The translations under genes were made by a program, and so were the position numbers. From a bacterium UBP6_UBA1177 (GTDB lineage Bacteria > UBP6 > UBA1177), in contig DBYV01000042.1 of assembly GCA_002310995.1 (NCBI GenBank), positions 17,683 to 81,682 of the forward strand: a stretch of DNA of 64,000 nucleotides, in the 5' to 3' direction. The notes under the pieces were generated by a model. It made no database searches and was not told where the DNA came from. It saw nothing but the letters and a program-made list of their open reading frames with translations. Shown here piece after piece: positions 58,292-64,000 of this stretch. The stretch's first letter is position 1. Each line of letters opens with the position of its first letter.

Positions 58292-59209
58292 ATGAAAAAA
58301 TCACTTTTTTTAGTTGCAATGCTTGCGCTTGCGACAACACTTTTTGCGGAAAACGAAAAAGTTTCCTGTGAATCAGACAGTGGAAAGTGCAGTTTCGAGC
58401 GTTCAGGTGAGATGCTCAACATTGAATGTACTTGCCGCAACGGTAAAGAAATTTCTTATGCGGAAGAAACAAATTTTTTCCCGGATGATGAAGAATGCTT
58501 GGCTCAGCTTGACGGAGATTATTGTCACGATGCTGACTACATTTGCGAAAACGAAGCAGGAAACTGCACATTGCATGCAAACGGCGAATATTTCTGCACC
58601 TGTCTGCTGGGTGTTTTCGGAGCTAAAACTAAAACAGGAACAAGCGAAAATTTCAGTGCGGAAGGCTGTACGGCAGCTTTGGAAACAGAATGTGGAATGG
58701 AATTAGCTACTACTCCAAGAACGATGTGCACCGATTCTGAAATTCTCAATGCATGCGTTTCTTATGAAATGACTTTCACAAATACCTGCTTTGAACCTGT
58801 TACTGAAGAAGAAATCGAAACAATCCTCGATACTCCGGTAAACAGTGTCGGCAGGGAAAGCGGATTGGCTGAAGATATTGCATACTGCTGTTTGAACGAG
58901 GTCATGAGAAACATCTATAAGACTAAATTCGAGTGTGTTGAGGCGGCTGAAAGTTGTGAAAACAAAGAATGTTGCAAAACATGTGATGTCCAGCTTGCTT
59001 ATTTAGGAGAGGAAGGATCCGACGAAAGTGATACCGATGTTATTTCTCCGGCTCCGGAAGACGAAGACGCTGCAAATACCGAAGCTCCGACAACCGGTAC
59101 AACACCGGAAGACACCGCTGACGGTGATTCCACACCCGCAACCGATTCAGAAGCTCCTGCTGAAAAAGAAGAAAGCAAGTCCGACGGCTGTTCAATGCTG
59201 TTCATCTAA
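58292..59209 (+). CDS. Cys-rich surface lipoprotein with acidic Pro/Thr/Glu-rich C-terminal tail ending KSDGCSMLFI
   Basis: RBS ATGGAGG. Signal peptide MKKSLFLVAMLALATTLFA. Conserved 60-bp leader shared with the 61677 gene. Confidence 0.7.
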   Translation: MKKSLFLVAMLALATTLFAENEKVSCESDSGKCSFERSGEMLNIECTCRNGKEISYAEETNFFPDDEECLAQLDGDYCHDADYICENEAGNCTLHANGEYFCTCLLGVFGAKTKTGTSENFSAEGCTAALETECGMELATTPRTMCTDSEILNACVSYEMTFTNTCFEPVTEEEIETILDTPVNSVGRESGLAEDIAYCCLNEVMRNIYKTKFECVEAAESCENKECCKTCDVQLAYLGEEGSDESDTDVISPAPEDEDAANTEAPTTGTTPEDTADGDSTPATDSEAPAEKEESKSDGCSMLFI

Positions 59210-59241
59210 AAGTTTCTTTTTTCGGTCAAACAATCGCAAAA

Positions 59242-59265
59242 ATGTCGGTTTGAATGTCGGTTTGA
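59242..59265 (+). repeat. tandem 12-bp direct repeat ATGTCGGTTTGA x2 upstream of the TA operon promoter (TAGTATAAT at about 59310)
   Basis: Exact duplication followed about 45 bp later by an extended -10. Confidence 0.6.
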
Positions 59266-59349
59266 ACAAAACTGAAAGGAAAATTCCCCCTTTCAATTAA
59301 AAATTTTTTTAGTATAATATTTGCCGCGGACAAAAAAGGAGGTCTTTAA

Positions 59350-59604
59350 ATGTGCCGGATAGAAGTTCAAATACCGGAAGCGGTCTTGTATGATACTCAC
59401 ATGACAGCTGTTCAAGTGAATGACTATGCAAAAAAGCTGATAGCACTTGATTATTACACAAATCATCATGTTTCAATCGGTTACTGCGCGGAAATCGCTG
59501 AAATGACTGAAGAAGATTTTATAAAATTCTTAGGACAGCAGGGAATTTCCATATTTCAGTTCGACGACAAAAAAGAATTCCTGGAAGAGATGAGAAATGC
59601 GTAG
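59350..59604 (+). CDS. UPF0175-family antitoxin
   Basis: 84 aa with UPF0175-like fold. 8-nt overlap with the downstream DUF3368 gene. Confidence 0.6.
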   Translation: MCRIEVQIPEAVLYDTHMTAVQVNDYAKKLIALDYYTNHHVSIGYCAEIAEMTEEDFIKFLGQQGISIFQFDDKKEFLEEMRNA

Positions 59605-60082
59605 AATCGTTGTAAATTCAACGCCGCTCATCGTTCTCAGCAACATCAAACATTTGAAATTGCTGAAAGATTTATATTCGGGAATTTATATACCAAAGGC
59701 TGTGTTCGACGAAGTAACGCTTAAAAATGATTCCATAAACAAAGAAATATGTGCGAATTTGGATTGGATTCATGTCTGCAAAATTCAGGACGAGTCAGCA
59801 AAACGGATGTATCAAGCAAAACTTCATGCCGGAGAAGTCGAAGTTATGATTCTTGCTCAGGAGAACCCGAAAGCTGATCTGCTGATAATAGACGACTCAG
59901 CCGCGAAGAAAACCGCAAAATTCCTCGGTTTGAATGTTACTGGAACTTTAGGCGTTCTCTTAAAAGCCAAGCGTGTAAAACTGATTGAAAAGGTTGAACC
60001 GCTGATGAATCAGATGATTGCCGACGGATTTTATATTTCACCCGAAATCTATGCTTTGGCAAAATCGGAAGCTAAAGAATAA
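59597..60082 (+). CDS. DUF3368 PIN-like nuclease toxin
   Basis: IVVNSTPLIVLSNI...LIIDDSAAKKTAKFLGL pattern of DUF3368/PIN. Confidence 0.6.
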   Translation: MRRIVVNSTPLIVLSNIKHLKLLKDLYSGIYIPKAVFDEVTLKNDSINKEICANLDWIHVCKIQDESAKRMYQAKLHAGEVEVMILAQENPKADLLIIDDSAAKKTAKFLGLNVTGTLGVLLKAKRVKLIEKVEPLMNQMIADGFYISPEIYALAKSEAKE

Positions 60083-60111
60083 AAACCTGACGCGGTATCA
60101 AAATAGGCATA

Positions 60112-61143
60112 TTGAAAAAAGTCATGGAAAACACGGTGGAAAAGCGGAACAGCTTGTTCGACAATCTGAAATGTCTTTTGATTTTTCTTGTCGTTTACGG
60201 TCATTTCATCGAAAATTTTCAGAGCATCTATGCAAGCGAATCGACAAGAATAGCGTATCAGTTCATCTATTTGTTCCACATGCCTGGATTTGTTTTTGTT
60301 TCGGGATATTTCGCACGGAAAGGTGACGGAAAAATCTTTGAAAAAGTGCTTTTAAATCAAATAGTTCCGCTTTTCTTTTTCCAGTTGGTCTTCGAGATTT
60401 TCCACTATGCTGTTTTCCATGAATTTTCAGGCAAAACTTTGGATCTGGCTCCGTACTGGATTCTGTGGTATCTGTTAAGTCTCGCGTTTTGGAGAATATC
60501 GTTCCAGCTGCTTTATAAAATACGCTTCCTTTTGGTAATCAGTGTGGTTTTTGCGCTTGTTGCCGGTATGGTCAGCTCGATAGGCTATCCGCTTTCGGTT
60601 TCAAGAACGGTGGTTCTGTTTCCGTTTTTTGTGCTTGGAAACATATTCAAGGAAAAGGAAATCGTGGAAAAAATAAAAAGCGGCAGATTTTTTCCGGTTT
60701 ATGCGGTTTTATCGGTTCTTGTTCTGGCCGGAGCCTTTGTTTATGTGTCGGAAGTGAAGCTGCACTACGGCTTGTATCTGAATTCCTACAGCTACAAAGC
60801 TCTCAAAATGGCTTGGGATGAAGGGATACTGTATAGATTTATAAATATTGCGTGGGGCTTCCTGTGTATTGCCGCACTTCTTGTTCTCACTCCGCAGAAA
60901 AGATTCTTTGCCTCTGAAATCGGAAAAAATTCAATGATTCCCTACATAATGCAGTTCTTTTTCTTGAAATCGCTTCTGATTTACCGCTTTGATTTTTATA
61001 AAAACCTCTATTTTACTTTCATCGGCGGTGCCGTTTTTGCGGCTTTAATCGTCTATATTTTCGGGAAAGACAGATTTTCGGCGTTATATGAAAAACTGAT
61101 GCTGAAAATCTATAAGATTGTGACCTGCAAAGATAAAGTTTAG
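60112..61143 (+). CDS. membrane acyltransferase family 3 (OatA/WecH-like O-acyltransferase); TTG 60112 or ATG 60124 start
   Basis: N-terminal ...FDNLKCLLIFLVVYGHF... acyltransferase_3 signature. Ten TM helices. Confidence 0.7.
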   Translation: MKKVMENTVEKRNSLFDNLKCLLIFLVVYGHFIENFQSIYASESTRIAYQFIYLFHMPGFVFVSGYFARKGDGKIFEKVLLNQIVPLFFFQLVFEIFHYAVFHEFSGKTLDLAPYWILWYLLSLAFWRISFQLLYKIRFLLVISVVFALVAGMVSSIGYPLSVSRTVVLFPFFVLGNIFKEKEIVEKIKSGRFFPVYAVLSVLVLAGAFVYVSEVKLHYGLYLNSYSYKALKMAWDEGILYRFINIAWGFLCIAALLVLTPQKRFFASEIGKNSMIPYIMQFFFLKSLLIYRFDFYKNLYFTFIGGAVFAALIVYIFGKDRFSALYEKLMLKIYKIVTCKDKV

Positions 61144-61344
61144 CACAAATCCGACGGCTGCTCGATGCTGTTTATCTAAATCACAGAATTTCTAAATTCA
61201 CAACCCCCTGTTTTTCAAGCGTTTTTCTGCTATAATTCTCGGGTTTTTTGAGACGGAGTTTACTTCTTTTAATGGATGTCAATATGAAAAAATATTCAAT
61301 AATTATAGCAACTTTAATGTTTGTTTTCTTTGTATCGTGTTCGT

Positions 61345-61605
61345 CAAACAGCAAATTGAACAACTGCTCCGTTGTCATGCAGTCTGTTTTGTAAAATTTA
61401 CCGTCAGATGACAACATTTTCAGTTGTCCGATTTTTTCGGACAACTCACTTCTTTCAGCAATTAGTTTGTTTTTCAAGTCATTCCAGTATTTTCTCGGTC
61501 TGTCTGAATCAGTCAAAACAGCGATGACATCAACCACTGAAAAATACCATTCCTCTTTTTCTTTGTCCCAGATTGTGCGGACCTGCCGAAAAAATTTTTG
61601 TTTTG
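61345..61605 (-). pseudogene. truncated Bro-N/DinD-like (DNA-damage-inducible protein D family) gene fragment
   Basis: Minus-strand translation FFRQVRTIWDKEKEEWYFSVVDVIAVLTDSDRPRKYWNDLKNKLIAE...SSDGKFYKTDCMTTEQLFNLL matches the Bro-N/DinD N-terminal domain, then degenerates. Confidence 0.45.
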
Positions 61606-61676
61606 GGTCAGAAAAATTGGCACTTTGTGTAACTAAATATATGTTTGTTCGGTTTTTTAACTTTATGGAGGTTGTT

Positions 61677-62600
61677 ATGAAAAAATCGTTGTTATTGGCG
61701 CTGATTGCTACACTTTTTCTTTTTGTTGCCTGCGGAGACAAGAAGGAGAACGGGCAGGAGCAGGAGCTGGGAAAAACCGACAGCGACATAGTGGAAAACC
61801 AGGAAACAGCGGATGAAGACAGTTCGGATTCCGAGCCGACCGATGATACTGAGCAGACCGACGGCGACTCTGAAAATATTGAAAATCAGGATGTGTCTGA
61901 TGAAGATGTGAATCAGGATAATCTGATCTGCACTCAGGAATCGAAGGAAACTCTCGGCGGAGAAGGATGCCGCTACCGTATAAAAGACGACCCGACAAGA
62001 CATGTCGAAATCAATTGCGGATGCGACTCTTTCAAAGTCGATAACGTCTCTTGTGACGATGAGAACAAGTGCATTCTTTCCGGAGAATGCGGTGAAGGCA
62101 GATGCTCTATTGAATTTCGTGATTATGACAAAGAGCTTTTTGATGCTTTTCCTTTGGAAAGAGAGATCATTGCAAAATCCAGCTTCGAGCCGACAGGGAT
62201 CTGTTCTGTTGCAAGACTCAAAGACGGCACACTGTTAGCTGCTGTAAAAAACGGGACATGGATAAGCGAACTTGCTCCGGAAATTAGTGCCGATTTGAAA
62301 ATAATACCGACTTGTGAAAACGTTTGTGTTGAAACGAACGAATCGTGGATGGATGAGCCTTATTACGATTATGTCTACTATCCTCCTGTGGAATTCACAA
62401 TCGGAGAAAATGCGCCTGTGCTTGTAAGCAACGGTCAGGTCGTGGATTCTGAAGGTTACGAATATTATGTTTACGGCAGCGAAACCATAAGTCCTGACGA
62501 TCCGGATCACAAGCTTTACCACAGGGAGGAGAGTGAAATGCCTGATCCGAATTACGGCATTTTTAATTTTGTTATAGTCAATACCAATGCTCTGAAATAA
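61677..62600 (+). CDS. Cys-rich surface lipoprotein with Asp/Glu-rich linker (paralog context of 58292..59209)
   Basis: Identical leader ...ttttttaactttATGGAGGttgttATGaaaaaatc. Lipobox LFLFVACGD. Confidence 0.7.
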   Translation: MKKSLLLALIATLFLFVACGDKKENGQEQELGKTDSDIVENQETADEDSSDSEPTDDTEQTDGDSENIENQDVSDEDVNQDNLICTQESKETLGGEGCRYRIKDDPTRHVEINCGCDSFKVDNVSCDDENKCILSGECGEGRCSIEFRDYDKELFDAFPLEREIIAKSSFEPTGICSVARLKDGTLLAAVKNGTWISELAPEISADLKIIPTCENVCVETNESWMDEPYYDYVYYPPVEFTIGENAPVLVSNGQVVDSEGYEYYVYGSETISPDDPDHKLYHREESEMPDPNYGIFNFVIVNTNALK

Positions 62601-62741
62601 AAAGCAAAGCTGTTTCTCTGATTTTTAAGAAAAATATCGCGAAAAATGCTGTTAAAACTGGACAATATCGCGGAGTTGGTGTAGGAAAGCGCACTAAACG
62701 GGATTTATCCCGCGTATTAGTATTGTATAAGGAGATCTCAA

Positions 62742-63980
62742 GTGAGTGTTGATTCCGAAAATGTAAAAAAGAATGTTGAAAGAGCCGTCGAGCAGTTCAG
62801 AAACGGCGGGATCGTAATAGTTGTCGATGATGAAAACCGCGAGAATGAAGGCGATTTTGTTGTCGCAGCAGAAAAAATAACCCCTGAAACTGTCAATTTT
62901 ATGATAAAGAACGGCCGCGGAGTTCTCTGCACGACGATAACCGAGGAACGCTGCAAGGCTTTAGGTCTTGAAATGCAGGTGAATAACAATACTTCGCTCC
63001 TCGGAACTCCTTTCACGGTAACGGTTGACTTGCTCGGCCACGGCTGTACGACAGGTGTTTCGATGTTTGACAGAGCTTCGACGATCCGCGCTCTTGCAGA
63101 CGAATCGACCCGTCCCGAAGATCTGGGAAGGCCCGGTCACATCAATCCGCTCCGTGCAAGAAACGGCGGAGTTCTTGTGAGAGCTGGGCACACTGAGGCG
63201 ACAGTAGATCTGGCCAAACTCGCAGGGCTCAAACCGGCAGGCGCGCTCATTGAGATAATCAACGACGACGGCACGATGGCAAGAATGCCGCAGCTTATCG
63301 AAATCGCCAAAAAGTATGATTTTCCGATTCTAACGATAGAAAACATCATCGCATACAGGCTGATGACTGAATCCTTGATAGAACAGGTCGCCGACGCAGT
63401 TCTTCCGACACGCTGGGGCGGTGAATTCAAAATCAAGGTTTTCCGCAACAAACTTGACGGTCTTGAGCACGTTGCTCTGATAAAAGGCGACATTACGGAC
63501 GGCAGACCGGTCCTTACACGAGTTCACTCCGAATGCCTGACAGGCGACGCTCTGGGTAGCATCCGCTGTGACTGCGGATACCAGCTTCAGAACGCAATGG
63601 AGCTCATAAAAGCTGAGGGTAGGGGGGTCATCCTTTATCTGCGCCAGGAGGGCAGGGGGATAGGTCTCGGAAACAAGATCAAAGCTTACCACCTTCAGGA
63701 CGAAGGTCTGGACACGGTCGAAGCGAATATCGCGCTCGGTTTCCCGGTTGACCTCAGGGATTACGGCATCGGTGCTCAGATCTTGTCTGAAATCGGCGTC
63801 AAAAAGATCAAGCTTCTCACCAATAATCCCAAGAAAATCAAAGGTTTGACCGGCTATGGTCTTGAAATAACCGAACATGTTCCGAATGTCTGCGGCGTGC
63901 AGAAAGAGAACAGAAAATACCTTGAAACCAAACAGAACAAGATGGGACACACGATCTTTACGTCAGATAAAAAAAATTAA
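62742..63980 (+). CDS. ribBA: bifunctional 3,4-dihydroxy-2-butanone-4-phosphate synthase / GTP cyclohydrolase II; GTG start
   Basis: RibB motifs [21 protein letters not shown]. RibA motifs ...[10 protein letters not shown]...CDCGYQ...GRG. AAGGAG RBS. Confidence 0.9.
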   Translation: MSVDSENVKKNVERAVEQFRNGGIVIVVDDENRENEGDFVVAAEKITPETVNFMIKNGRGVLCTTITEERCKALGLEMQVNNNTSLLGTPFTVTVDLLGHGCTTGVSMFDRASTIRALADESTRPEDLGRPGHINPLRARNGGVLVRAGHTEATVDLAKLAGLKPAGALIEIINDDGTMARMPQLIEIAKKYDFPILTIENIIAYRLMTESLIEQVADAVLPTRWGGEFKIKVFRNKLDGLEHVALIKGDITDGRPVLTRVHSECLTGDALGSIRCDCGYQLQNAMELIKAEGRGVILYLRQEGRGIGLGNKIKAYHLQDEGLDTVEANIALGFPVDLRDYGIGAQILSEIGVKKIKLLTNNPKKIKGLTGYGLEITEHVPNVCGVQKENRKYLETKQNKMGHTIFTSDKKN

Positions 63981-64000
63981 TGGAGAATTACGATGGAAGT

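Noticed and set aside
63986-64000. Start of another ORF at the window edge (ATGGAGAATTACGATGGAAGT)
   Set aside because: Only 15 nt are visible, which is insufficient to call.

Overview
This 64 kb window reads as a chromosomal segment from a Fibrobacter-like genome (Fibrobacteres). The evidence is about 45% GC, abundant lipoproteins with MKK...FVACG/FVSCG signal peptides, acidic (D-T/S)n repeat linkers, and a C-terminal domain resembling the F. succinogenes major paralogous domain. Most of the window is tightly packed housekeeping genes. These include ileS (3' end), a long glmS-like gene, gltX, znuCB-like, lgt, lspA, greA, recG, recN, asnS, mazG, gpmI, glgP, tyrS, ygiQ, purA, a tRNA-Gly(CCC), tamB-like, xerD, ispD and ribBA. 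Many adjacent genes have overlapping start and stop codons, and two convergent gene pairs have stop codons that abut. The regions worth a second look are: (1) a dispersed family of CG-dinucleotide-rich palindromic short repeats (TCGAAATATCGA / CGTCGTAACGTCG / ATAACGTTAT) at three intergenic sites, which also forms the in-frame repeat linker of a TonB-like gene and supplies the tyrS stop codon; (2) an orphan CI/LexA-like HTH_XRE+S24 protein whose catalytic Ser appears to be replaced by Asn, sitting next to a repeat array upstream of znuCB; (3) a tandem cluster of three paralogous hypervariable TD-repeat lipoproteins; (4) a Fic (HPFQDGNGR) gene embedded in a greA-recG-recN operon; (5) a five-gene cluster (threonine-aldolase-like, HisC/CobD-like, cytidylyltransferase fused to Gfo/Idh/MocA, flippase-like) that may build a CDP-activated amino-alcohol or polyol head group; (6) a stand-alone sigma-70 region-4.2 protein driven by a near-consensus promoter; (7) an AT-rich accessory island at 57.0-62.7 kb with an ORF6N gene, a UPF0175/DUF3368 toxin-antitoxin pair, a membrane acyltransferase, a G8 homopolymer upstream of a duplicated lipoprotein promoter-leader, and recombination scars (a truncated lipoprotein 5' end, a truncated DinD/Bro-N fragment, an orphan ...KSDGCSMLFI* 3' remnant). 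I found no CRISPR array, rRNA, intact prophage or recognisable riboswitch. All domain calls were made by eye from motifs and need HMM or BLAST confirmation.
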